Positions 7,640 to 16,795 of a stretch of DNA of 32,000 nucleotides are shown one piece after another; positions within the stretch are counted from its first letter, which is position 1, and each line of letters starts with the position of its first letter. The stretch is from Candidatus Heimdallarchaeota archaeon. Lineage in GTDB: Archaea > Asgardarchaeota > Heimdallarchaeia > Heimdallarchaeales > Kariarchaeaceae. The notes beneath the pieces are model-generated. The model was not told where the DNA came from, did not search any database, and was given only the letters and a program-made list of their open reading frames with translations. The translations under genes and the position numbers were made by a program. The stretch is from assembly GCA_030149205.1 (NCBI GenBank), contig JASBSB010000003.1, positions 300,001 through 332,000 on the forward strand, given 5' to 3'.

Positions 7640-9850
7640 TTAACTCATGTACTTTTTGGTGAGAATAATTGCCACTGCCAGGGCTAATCCTAAGCTTGCA
7701 CCTATAATAATTGCTATTTCATTTGTAAATGGACGGGAGCTTGACTGAACAGGATTATCAACTTTAAACTGAAAAATCTGAGAACTAAAATGATTTAAGT
7801 TATCCTTAGCGTAGACTATTAACGTATAGGTTCCATTTAATACTTTTGTACTATCAAATTGGATTTTATAAAGATCTGAACCCTTTGAATTCATCTGACC
7901 ACTTAAAATAATTTGTTTTGGACCTTTATTGTTAAAGATTTGATATTCTGAAACTAAGATTCCAGATGGATCGGTTATACTAAAGTTAAACTCAACTGTA
8001 CCTTTGACAATGGAATCATTTTGGAGTGTAAGTGAATGAATTATTGGATTATCAAATCCAACACCAGATAAATCAATTGAGTACTTTTGAAGATAACTTG
8101 AGTTAAACTGAATAGTTAAGACTAATTTAGCTATTTCAATTTTTTCATGTGAGGGGGTAAATTGGATCACAGTTTGGGCAGTTTCCCAACCTATCAAAGT
8201 AGCAGGTGCATTTGTCAACTTGAATGAGGGTGAGCCTGTTAAGTTATAGGAGAGGGAAATGTTCTTGTCACCTTGTGTTGAAATTAATAAACCCCTAGAT
8301 GTCGTATCATTAATTTTCTGATTCCCAAAATTCAAAGTATTGGATTGAATTGTAAATTTCGAATTAAAACTTGTGTAAATATATTGGGGAATGGAGACGA
8401 AACCAACGAAGGGATTGTAATTTTCTGTTAAAGTAGCCCCTGTTAAAAAGTAAAGAGAACCGTTGTTTATTACCTTGGACATAAGGTCTAATTTAATTGA
8501 CTGAGCAAAACCCTGTAGAAAGGAATACTTGTTTGCAAGTTGATTGAAAATTGATAAAGCACCGCCAGCTCCAAACTCATAAGAGTAGTTGGAAAGATTC
8601 AAGTACTCTCCATTAACCTCTCTCTCAGGGTAAAGAAATTTATTTCCAGAATAAAAACCGACATTTTGCAGATTAAAAAGGCTGGCAAAATCAAAGCCTG
8701 AAAATCCAGTTATATTAAGAAAATTAGAGTAAGTGTCTAAGATTGAGAGGGTCCCAATTATCCCGTATCTCATTCCAAACTCTTTTTGTACTAAATAGGG
8801 TTCAGAAACGTTCCACCAGGTCGTATCAACCCTATAATTACCGCTTGTTGTGCCATTCAACCAGTTTAAAAGTCCTATTCGAACATTTGTCAAATTCAAG
8901 GTGGAATTATAATTTTGTATTCTTGAAAATAGATCAAAAAATCCGGTTTGACCGTCCGCATATCCAGTTGCAACAAGGTTTGGTGTTTGGGAACTTACTG
9001 GAATAAAATTTTCAGTTCCATTGAATTGTAATTGTTTTAGAAGATAAGTTAAGCTGTCATTAAATAGTGATTTTACCTCAGAATTGCTGATATTGAAGGT
9101 TTGTAGCTTTAAGGTTAAATCTGTCACACCTGCCACACCTAGTCCAATTCCATTTAATGTCAGATTTTTGGAGCTACTAAATTTAAAATCAACATTTGGA
9201 TACCAATTTATCCTTTGAAGGGTGTTTGCCAAGGTGGAATTCCAATGAATTTTTCCTGATTTGTACACCTCAGATGCTATAGTATGAATTAATTTTAAAG
9301 TAGTATTTTTGAAAAGAACATTATTTGTCATGTTATATAACAAGCCATAAAATGCTGCTATTCCTGATAATCCAAAATCTAAACTTAAATCAATATTAGT
9401 GTCGTTGTTCGAGATTGTCCAATATACATGCGTTGAGTTAACAAAGGAAGTATGTTTCAACAAATCATTTCCTATTGATTCCGCAAGCTGAATTGCGTCC
9501 TGTCTACTTTTTGTGTCAATCACCGAAGAAAATGCATTTACATTTTTAAGCAGATTTAATCCGACACCTGCTTCTCCAGCAAGTCCATAAAAATTCAAAG
9601 GGGAACCAGGAGAACTTGGAAATAATCCTGAACCTAATTTTTGAAATTTATTTTGTATTTTTTGAGTAATTTCTTTGAAAATGTATGTAGCAGACTTATT
9701 GTAAGTTGGGTATAAATTATTGCTAGTTTTGATAGCTGTAGAACCATTTACAGAGTGAATATCACTCAGAACTGGTGTCACATTGCTGCCTCCGTTCATG
9801 AGGATTACAATCAGCAGTATAGGGATGAGGTATGTACCTAGCTTCTTCAT
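7640..9850 (-). CDS. Secreted, C-terminally membrane-anchored LanC-like (alpha/alpha)6-barrel protein with Ig-like stalk
   Basis: Signal peptide; repeated Gly motifs at helix starts (YGLAGEAGVG, DFGLSGI, GIGLGVAGV, GYADGQTG, GMRYGIIG, YEFGAGG); two beta-sandwich-like regions; C-terminal TM helix plus KK; many NxS/T sequons. Confidence 0.55.
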   Translation of the reverse strand: MKKLGTYLIPILLIVILMNGGSNVTPVLSDIHSVNGSTAIKTSNNLYPTYNKSATYIFKEITQKIQNKFQKLGSGLFPSSPGSPLNFYGLAGEAGVGLNLLKNVNAFSSVIDTKSRQDAIQLAESIGNDLLKHTSFVNSTHVYWTISNNDTNIDLSLDFGLSGIAAFYGLLYNMTNNVLFKNTTLKLIHTIASEVYKSGKIHWNSTLANTLQRINWYPNVDFKFSSSKNLTLNGIGLGVAGVTDLTLKLQTFNISNSEVKSLFNDSLTYLLKQLQFNGTENFIPVSSQTPNLVATGYADGQTGFFDLFSRIQNYNSTLNLTNVRIGLLNWLNGTTSGNYRVDTTWWNVSEPYLVQKEFGMRYGIIGTLSILDTYSNFLNITGFSGFDFASLFNLQNVGFYSGNKFLYPEREVNGEYLNLSNYSYEFGAGGALSIFNQLANKYSFLQGFAQSIKLDLMSKVINNGSLYFLTGATLTENYNPFVGFVSIPQYIYTSFNSKFTIQSNTLNFGNQKINDTTSRGLLISTQGDKNISLSYNLTGSPSFKLTNAPATLIGWETAQTVIQFTPSHEKIEIAKLVLTIQFNSSYLQKYSIDLSGVGFDNPIIHSLTLQNDSIVKGTVEFNFSITDPSGILVSEYQIFNNKGPKQIILSGQMNSKGSDLYKIQFDSTKVLNGTYTLIVYAKDNLNHFSSQIFQFKVDNPVQSSSRPFTNEIAIIIGASLGLALAVAIILTKKYMS

Positions 9851-9916
9851 TATTACAAAGTATATGTATTTTTCGTAAATAAGAACTTTATTGCATTCTT
9901 TACATGGGAATTATAA

Positions 9917-10510
9917 TTAAAATGAATTAAAAAGATACAACTGAAGTATAGCTAGCCCCAAAAGAACAAAGCCATTTGAGAACAGGTAAATCCTGGTCCA
10001 GAATTTTGAGATTGTCTTATCCTTCCAGAAAAACCTAGGAAGATGAATTAAATAGGTCCCACTCATCTTTTGAGTAATTTCTTCTCCTGTAATACCAGTA
10101 GCTACCCAGTCAGCTGCATACATAATTTGGTCTAAATCATTACCCGACTTTTCCTTCCAAGTTGGAAAGTAATCTAAGATGAGATGGGTAAACATTCCGA
10201 TATTGAAAAATGCCAATAAGGGATAAACGATATGAGTTTGTGCCACTGTCCTGCTCAAATAAACTAGCCCCATCATTAGTAATGAAGGAAAAGCTGAGTG
10301 GAAAAACCAATCTCTGTGAGCAAACAACTTTCCCCAGATGAGATCAAGGTCAGGAAATTGTGCACCAAAGACTGAGAGCAGGAATGCCAATGTTAACCAC
10401 GAGTAATCCCTTGGGTAAACAAATGTGTAAGATTTGATGTAAACTAATAATGCCATGGTCGCTCCAAAGGCAATTAGAGAGAAATTAATATGCCAGGTTC
10501 GATTTGCCAT
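9917..10510 (-). CDS. Membrane-bound metal-dependent hydrolase (YdjM/DUF457-like)
   Basis: N-terminal His, FPDLD, HRDWFFHS, HLILD motifs set within TM helices. Confidence 0.8.
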   Translation of the reverse strand: MANRTWHINFSLIAFGATMALLVYIKSYTFVYPRDYSWLTLAFLLSVFGAQFPDLDLIWGKLFAHRDWFFHSAFPSLLMMGLVYLSRTVAQTHIVYPLLAFFNIGMFTHLILDYFPTWKEKSGNDLDQIMYAADWVATGITGEEITQKMSGTYLIHLPRFFWKDKTISKFWTRIYLFSNGFVLLGLAILQLYLFNSF

Positions 10511-10572
10511 ACTTTTTTATGATAAAAATGAGCTTTTAACTCTACTCTTCAGAGAGTCCATTAAACCTAATT

Positions 10573-11595
10573 TTAAATGAAATCATACAATGACTTAGCA
10601 TTATCTAAAGTGAATGTAACTGGATCATCAACTGGATAACACAACAACTTTGTTCGACTGTGAACTGACCCTGGAAGTCTAATTAACCTTTTAATGTCAA
10701 TTGTGACTTTGTGATCTATCCGAGGGTATCTATATTTGATGAGTGTAGGTAGAAAAGTATCATCAAAATTTATTTTCCGTGGTACAATATCTACCAGATT
10801 TGGATGAGTAATTGAAGCATATTTCTCTCTAAGTGTTTTCAATGCCTGTTTTTTAATACCCATTTCAAAAAAAACTTCATTGGGGGTTGAAAAGAGAAAA
10901 TTTTGTCCTAGCAACCTGAAAATTCGACTTTTAAGTTGCTCTGCTGAATTTTTCAAACTTTCAACACGTTGTTCTCCTAATGGATCGTGAATTAATAACA
11001 TGTAATTAATCAAGGCGGTTCTCTGTTCCGTATCCATAATGAATGCATCGGGGTCAAGAATCCAACAATGATAGCCACGACCACCAGAAAACAACCAATG
11101 AATGTTTTTGAACCCAAAATCATCCTTGAGTGTCTCATCTATAATCGCTGCTGCATCTTGCAACAATGGCCAACAGGCAGGGCAAACTGATTTCTTGCCC
11201 TTGCATTCGCAGTCTCTCACTGGGTCATATTCATTTCCATCTAAATCAAAAATTAATTCCCTACCAACCCAGTTTGTCTGATGGATTGAAAGCCCCGGAC
11301 GATTTAAAACCTTAGTATGAACAGGTTCATCGTATTCTGCACCGATGTAAGCCCCTGTTACTGTAAAGCTTGATAAGTACTCAACCAAATAATTTGGTTG
11401 TTCAAAAGACCTGTTCCTAGTGAACCCTTTGTCCTCAATTTCAAATCCAAACTCTCTAAATTTAAATTTATTAGAGTCAATTAACTTTAGAAGAAGGTTG
11501 ATATCAAAACTTTTGGAATAGTACCGCTTTAAATCATCACTGAAATTTCCCTTCCTCGATGATTCTTCCAGTCCACCTTCTTCATCCCTTTTCAA
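10573..11595 (-). CDS. priS: DNA primase catalytic subunit PriS
   Basis: RELIFDLD (DxD), CECKGKKSVCPACW zinc site, FSGGRGYH, IDHKVTIDIKRLIRLPGSVH. TTG start is uncertain. Confidence 0.96.
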   Translation of the reverse strand: MKRDEEGGLEESSRKGNFSDDLKRYYSKSFDINLLLKLIDSNKFKFREFGFEIEDKGFTRNRSFEQPNYLVEYLSSFTVTGAYIGAEYDEPVHTKVLNRPGLSIHQTNWVGRELIFDLDGNEYDPVRDCECKGKKSVCPACWPLLQDAAAIIDETLKDDFGFKNIHWLFSGGRGYHCWILDPDAFIMDTEQRTALINYMLLIHDPLGEQRVESLKNSAEQLKSRIFRLLGQNFLFSTPNEVFFEMGIKKQALKTLREKYASITHPNLVDIVPRKINFDDTFLPTLIKYRYPRIDHKVTIDIKRLIRLPGSVHSRTKLLCYPVDDPVTFTLDNAKSLYDFI

Positions 11596-11633
11596 CCAAA
11601 AACCCTACTTATTATTCTATATAAACTAAGCTT

Positions 11634-12512
11634 TTAAAGTGCTTCCATCTTCCTTGTTCTTAATAAATTTAGCCAAAGTACTATTCGAATGAAAAAGAGG
11701 GGAGGATAAAACAAATTAAGCCCGGTAAGTCCAATATAGAACTCTTGATATTTCTTTGTGGCAAGCAAAAGAATTCCAAATGATATTGCCAGGTAAATAT
11801 TTAGATATAGAATTGACTGTAACCCAAAAATTGCTGTGGAGAAACCTCCTAGGTCAAAAACTTGTAGAAAAATAATCTTTAGAACAAGGCTAACAAAACT
11901 AAGCTTCAAAACCTCTATTAACGCATAAAACAATATTGTAAAAGCAATTGATACAATAATACTAACAACTGACAGAACCCTAGATTTTACAAAATAAATT
12001 TTCAACAAATAAACATATATAACAAACAAAATTAGCTCTGAGAATAGTTCTAAATAATTGGGGAGAACAAAAGTAAATGCAAGAAAGAATTTGTTAATCA
12101 TGTGAATTGCAAAAACCCCTAAATATAAGGATAGAAAAATTATGAATCTTGGTAATTTATTGTTCTCTTGCATATATTTGTAGATTACAACAGACAAATA
12201 GATCAAAAAGAGTACTGCTATTATTAACCCAAAAATTGTTACAAACGGACTTGATACATTAAAATCAAACAGAACAAAAAGAGAAGATAAAAGGGACAAA
12301 GTTAATAAAATTACTTCATAGTATGTGATTTTTCTATCTGAGCCTCTAAAGTTCAAATTATAGTAATCAAATGCAAGAGGGATCAGGATAAGAATCGTCC
12401 AAATTTGAATAGTAGGTATAGGCAAATTATGAAATGTAATTGTATCTGATAACAAAATATACAGAATATTTAGTAGAAGTACGACGGGAGAATAAAATTT
12501 CACGTATTTCAT
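11634..12512 (-). CDS. Hypothetical polytopic membrane protein (roughly 8-9 TM)
   Basis: Almost entirely hydrophobic segments with short loops; no motif recognised. Confidence 0.7.
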   Translation of the reverse strand: MKYVKFYSPVVLLLNILYILLSDTITFHNLPIPTIQIWTILILIPLAFDYYNLNFRGSDRKITYYEVILLTLSLLSSLFVLFDFNVSSPFVTIFGLIIAVLFLIYLSVVIYKYMQENNKLPRFIIFLSLYLGVFAIHMINKFFLAFTFVLPNYLELFSELILFVIYVYLLKIYFVKSRVLSVVSIIVSIAFTILFYALIEVLKLSFVSLVLKIIFLQVFDLGGFSTAIFGLQSILYLNIYLAISFGILLLATKKYQEFYIGLTGLNLFYPPLFFIRIVLWLNLLRTRKMEAL

Positions 12513-12603
12513 TCAAATAGCTTCTTAATTAACTTTCTTAAACAAATGAGAATCATCGATGTCTAAGCCATAACCTTATTTATTTTATAGCAACTACTAC
12601 CAT

Positions 12604-13962
12604 ATGGGAGAAAGATTGATTTCTCCATCGTGGTACATTTTTCGACAGGTTGAATTAAACAAAGTAAATGTAGATGATGAAGGGTACCGCTTAATAGTTG
12701 CAAGAATAAACTTTCTTTCATTTTCTCAATCAAAATTAGGATCAAATCAAAACTCTTTCACTGAAAGATTAATTGAGGAAGATACATTTAATGAACAACT
12801 CAAAGGTCACCTTTTGCTAAGGATCACAGCTTCAGTTGATTTAAGATTGAAATCATGGTTAATAGAAACTGAGGGAGACTACTTTATTGAAAAGCTCAAG
12901 GCATCTGATTTTGAAGAACAAAAAGCTGTACTTTACGATCTTTACCCTAAGAATTCTCTCCTTCTCTTCGACGAAATCCAAGAAATGATCCCCGAAATTA
13001 TAGATAAGTTTGGTCTTCAAGATAGTTTTGACAGTTACCTTCGTTATAAATTAAAAAGAAGCATAAAACGTATTAACCCTAAAGAGATAATTCTAGCAAT
13101 CAAATTCTCTGAAGCTCCTTATTTGCTCTCCAACCGCAAAGGTGATATGTACAAAGGGTGGGTGCTCATAAATTTAGAGAGAGCAATGTCTTCAATTAAG
13201 AAAAGATTTGAAAGAAAACTTAGAGAAAAAATTGATCAATTATCAGCCAGAGTAGAGAAGGACAGACATCTGAAAAATATTGCAATTCAATACTATGAAT
13301 TTATTCAACAAGATATTTTCGATAAACTCATCAAACCAACACGTGAATCTTTCAATATTAGTGGCATTGAGCTAGAAGGTGAAATAGAGGATAATTTAGA
13401 TAAGTTTCCTCCTTGTATTTCTGACTTAATGATGAGGGTGAATCAAACAGGGTACTTAGGACATTCTGAGAGATTCCAACTTGGATTGTTCTTAAAACAC
13501 GCAGGAATGCCAGTCGATGAACAACTCCAATTTTGGTATTCAAAGGCAGTAGATAACCTGGGGATTTCTTTTGAAGAGTTTAATAAAAAAGCAGGATACA
13601 TTATCAGACATATTTATGGCCTCGAAGGTGGGCATATAGATTACCAGATGCCCTCTTGTAAAACAATTCAAGATAAGATGTATTGTAGGTTTAGACATGC
13701 CTCAATTGAAACCAATCAAGAATTGTTGGAGGCAGCATACAAAAAGAAATTTGGAGACCAGCTCCCCGAGAAAATATTACAGTTCATGAACAAAATTATG
13801 CAACAAACAATTGACGGTTATTATTCAACCGCCTGTTCAATGTACCTTAGTGGTTTGATAAATTTTCAGAGAATAAGAATCAACCACCCCTTAATCTACT
13901 TAAAGGTATTCACAGACTTTGAAAAGAAAAATGAAACTACAGAGAGTAAATCAGAAAACTGA
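12604..13962 (+). CDS. priL: DNA primase large subunit PriL, eukaryote-like (p58/Pri2 type)
   Basis: FPPC271, HSERFQLGLFLK, YIIRHIYGLEG, PSC352, YC361RFRH, AC411, NHP motif; N-terminal HLLLR...W..E.D. Confidence 0.93.
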   Translation: MGERLISPSWYIFRQVELNKVNVDDEGYRLIVARINFLSFSQSKLGSNQNSFTERLIEEDTFNEQLKGHLLLRITASVDLRLKSWLIETEGDYFIEKLKASDFEEQKAVLYDLYPKNSLLLFDEIQEMIPEIIDKFGLQDSFDSYLRYKLKRSIKRINPKEIILAIKFSEAPYLLSNRKGDMYKGWVLINLERAMSSIKKRFERKLREKIDQLSARVEKDRHLKNIAIQYYEFIQQDIFDKLIKPTRESFNISGIELEGEIEDNLDKFPPCISDLMMRVNQTGYLGHSERFQLGLFLKHAGMPVDEQLQFWYSKAVDNLGISFEEFNKKAGYIIRHIYGLEGGHIDYQMPSCKTIQDKMYCRFRHASIETNQELLEAAYKKKFGDQLPEKILQFMNKIMQQTIDGYYSTACSMYLSGLINFQRIRINHPLIYLKVFTDFEKKNETTESKSEN

Positions 13963-14089
13963 GAAGTTGAAAAGATTGAGGGAAACTTACAAAATTAATT
14001 AGGCTTTTATGTAATATAGATTTTGATAAATTGTCAATTTTTGACTGTGCCTCTTAATTGTCACATCTGTAATTTACATAGAGTATATA

Positions 14090-15805
14090 TTAAGGACAAG
14101 CATATTTTTGAGCTGGGTTGAGAAGGGGAATTAAGTTGTTTTGTGGATTAGATAACCCAAAAGGATCCCTGCTTAACACTCCTTGGGTTATATCTCTTCC
14201 ATTCGACCATTTACCTGTAAAGCCAGCTCGTAGTGACAAAAACTGAGATAAAAATTGAGTTGAATTCAAATTATTTCCTTCTGCTGCCAAATAATTAACC
14301 ATAGACATTGTGCGTCTGTAAATATTCATTTTTGTAATCGTGTTTTGAACAATATCAACAGGAAGGTAATGTGAAGTGATCTGCCTTGGATATCCGGATC
14401 TATCCGATCTTAGAAAAAGATAGTAACTGTTGTTATCTGGAACATTTACCTTTCCTCCTATTAAATTATAATAGTGATTCATCCCCATACAAGGACTTAC
14501 AGTATGGTCATCTTGATATCCTACAATGTTAATTTTCATAGTTGATGGAAATTGTGAAAAATTGGCTTTTAATGAGGTGACATTTGATGATAACCATGGC
14601 GCTTCCATGTCTAGGAGGAGTTGATTGTTTGCCCATCCTCTCTTTATAGTTTGATAAGCAATGAAAGGTGTCATTCCTCCACCCATTGAATGACCCATTA
14701 CCAATACTCTAGATAAATCCAATGAAACTTTTGAAGAGCTAAGTTCCTTGAAGAAGGAAGCGGAGGTTAAGGTTTGATTCTGAATTTGATCTAGTGCTGA
14801 AGTTATCCCTTTCCATTCCATATTGTACCTTATGTACAACTGTTTTTCGAGTATTGTACTTGCGTTAATTCCCTTTGGGTTAAAATATGAGATATTAGAG
14901 GTTGTATATGTCATATATTGAGAAAATATCACCACTGCACCAGAGGAAGCCAGGTTAGTTAATAATTCTCTATAAAATTTGAGAGATGTTCCTGAATATC
15001 CGTGTAGAAATAGAACCACAGGAAACTTTGTTTGTTTTGTAGTTGAATTCACTGTAGGGGAAAAAACATAAGTGTACCAGTTCCCATCATGATTGTCAGG
15101 GACTATGTAGTTAGAGTACTCTTTGGAAACGGTTTGTTTGATCTGTGTCATTTCCACCTGGTATCTGTTTGGTGTCCCTGTAATCCCATAATTCAATGAA
15201 GTCACTGGGTGCGGGGATAACCCTAAAGAAGGGACTATCACTGGAGATAAGATTGAAACAATCAAATAGAACAATAAGATGAAATATAAGTATCTCAATG
15301 CAAAATGGATTGATGATTTATTGATTCCAAAAGCAGAAACCCTATTTCTTGAGATAAATGTATTATAATCTTCCCTATAATCAGTCAATAGGAAAAGCTT
15401 CAATCCGACAACAAACAGTAGACTTAATCCCAGTAAAGAGGGATATAAAAGAACACCATCACGAAAAAGCAGTGCGTTAATCTGTGTATAAAGAAAATAC
15501 TCTATACTAATAACTCCTATCAAGATTTTTAATAAAAGATCGATGTAAAATCCATCTTTAATCCTTCGTTTCTTTAATGTGAAGCTTAGAGATATTAAAA
15601 TAATAATAGTATAACCTAAAATCAATATCATACTAATTGGCTGTAAGGACCTGTTAATTTCATAGATCGAGACTGCACGTTCAAATGAATAATTTGAGAT
15701 ACTTAATGAACCCACCAAAAGAAAAGAATAAATCAATTGAAATAAAATTCCCGAGCTTATTTCTACAAGGAATGGGACTTTGCTAATTCTATTTAAAATA
15801 CTCAT
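14090..15805 (-). CDS. Membrane-anchored alpha/beta hydrolase (esterase)
   Basis: About 5-6 N-terminal TM helices, then PVVLFLHGY, GHS373MGGG, GYQDD433, TSH479YLP (predicted triad). Confidence 0.85.
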   Translation of the reverse strand: MSILNRISKVPFLVEISSGILFQLIYSFLLVGSLSISNYSFERAVSIYEINRSLQPISMILILGYTIIILISLSFTLKKRRIKDGFYIDLLLKILIGVISIEYFLYTQINALLFRDGVLLYPSLLGLSLLFVVGLKLFLLTDYREDYNTFISRNRVSAFGINKSSIHFALRYLYFILLFYLIVSILSPVIVPSLGLSPHPVTSLNYGITGTPNRYQVEMTQIKQTVSKEYSNYIVPDNHDGNWYTYVFSPTVNSTTKQTKFPVVLFLHGYSGTSLKFYRELLTNLASSGAVVIFSQYMTYTTSNISYFNPKGINASTILEKQLYIRYNMEWKGITSALDQIQNQTLTSASFFKELSSSKVSLDLSRVLVMGHSMGGGMTPFIAYQTIKRGWANNQLLLDMEAPWLSSNVTSLKANFSQFPSTMKINIVGYQDDHTVSPCMGMNHYYNLIGGKVNVPDNNSYYLFLRSDRSGYPRQITSHYLPVDIVQNTITKMNIYRRTMSMVNYLAAEGNNLNSTQFLSQFLSLRAGFTGKWSNGRDITQGVLSRDPFGLSNPQNNLIPLLNPAQKYACP

Positions 15806-15945
15806 ATCAGATTGATAAAACCTATAAGTTTTAACTTTTAGCTATACGCATAAATTAATTAGATTATTACCAGCTTTATAATGAGATGAGTTATATATTT
15901 GTCTGATAATAAATTGTTAAGGTGTTGAAGTACTCCCTAAAAATA

Positions 15946-16794
15946 ATGAAAAGGTTTGGCCATTCAAACAGAGGATTGTCACCCATTGTATCTGCTATTT
16001 TCCTCATTGGTATAATGGTGGCAGCAATTGCAGCAAGTTTTGCAATAATTGTTCCTAACCTACAAAAAGTAGAAGATGGAAATGTTCTAGGACAGGCTCA
16101 AACTGCCTTAACTAATCTGGATAAAGCTCTTCAACAAATGATAAGTTCTGGGAAAGATAGTCAATTAAACTATCAATTTTACTACAAGAATGGGTTGCTC
16201 ATTGGAGACAACAGCTCATTTTATAATTTAACCCTAAGCTATCCCCTCCTTTCCTTTGCTAAAACTGTTTCACTACCTTATTCAAGAGTCATGGTGCAAA
16301 CACCTGTGGCAAGCTCTATTATGAGTGTGGGACAGACAGATTACTTTTCTGGAAGCCAAAATCAAAAAACCTTTGCTCTTAATGTATCTACTGCCCAATC
16401 AACAAATTGGGCTATTCTTAATAGCACACGTTCCCCATTTCAATCTACAGGAATTAATAATAGCTTAGGATACAGGATGCTTTTCTTATCCTCATACCAA
16501 AATCAGGTGTTAAAATTACAAATTAGTTTTGTCAAATTTGTATTTGAAAAAATTAATAAAAAGAGTTCTTCTGACCCTCTAATAAAGATTATCTATGCAG
16601 GAAAAGTGGCAAACACATCAAAACTTATGGATGGCACTCAATTCTTTCCCAAGACAGGATCTCTAAGTGTTATACTACAAACCAAAATAACTGATGGAAG
16701 CCCCATTTATAGGGAAATACCGTTTACGTTTTCCGGGACTGGGTTCTATTTAGATGTTGAGGTTTCTTATCATTTATTTAAAATATCCTTTTGA
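15946..16794 (+). CDS. Class III signal-peptide (type IV pilin-like) protein
   Basis: MKRFGHSNRG|LSPIVSAIFLIGIMVAAIAASFAIIVP followed by an amphipathic helix; ATG at 15946 preferred over GTG at 15922. Confidence 0.8.
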   Translation: MKRFGHSNRGLSPIVSAIFLIGIMVAAIAASFAIIVPNLQKVEDGNVLGQAQTALTNLDKALQQMISSGKDSQLNYQFYYKNGLLIGDNSSFYNLTLSYPLLSFAKTVSLPYSRVMVQTPVASSIMSVGQTDYFSGSQNQKTFALNVSTAQSTNWAILNSTRSPFQSTGINNSLGYRMLFLSSYQNQVLKLQISFVKFVFEKINKKSSSDPLIKIIYAGKVANTSKLMDGTQFFPKTGSLSVILQTKITDGSPIYREIPFTFSGTGFYLDVEVSYHLFKISF

Positions 16795-16795
16795 A

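Noticed and set aside
7640-9850. Lanthipeptide biosynthetic cluster
   Set aside because: No zinc-binding Cys, no precursor peptide or dehydratase nearby, and the protein is extracellular.
5507-16794. Archaellum operon
   Set aside because: The class III proteins lack archaellin-type features that I can recognise, and no arlH/I/J or chemotaxis genes are present.
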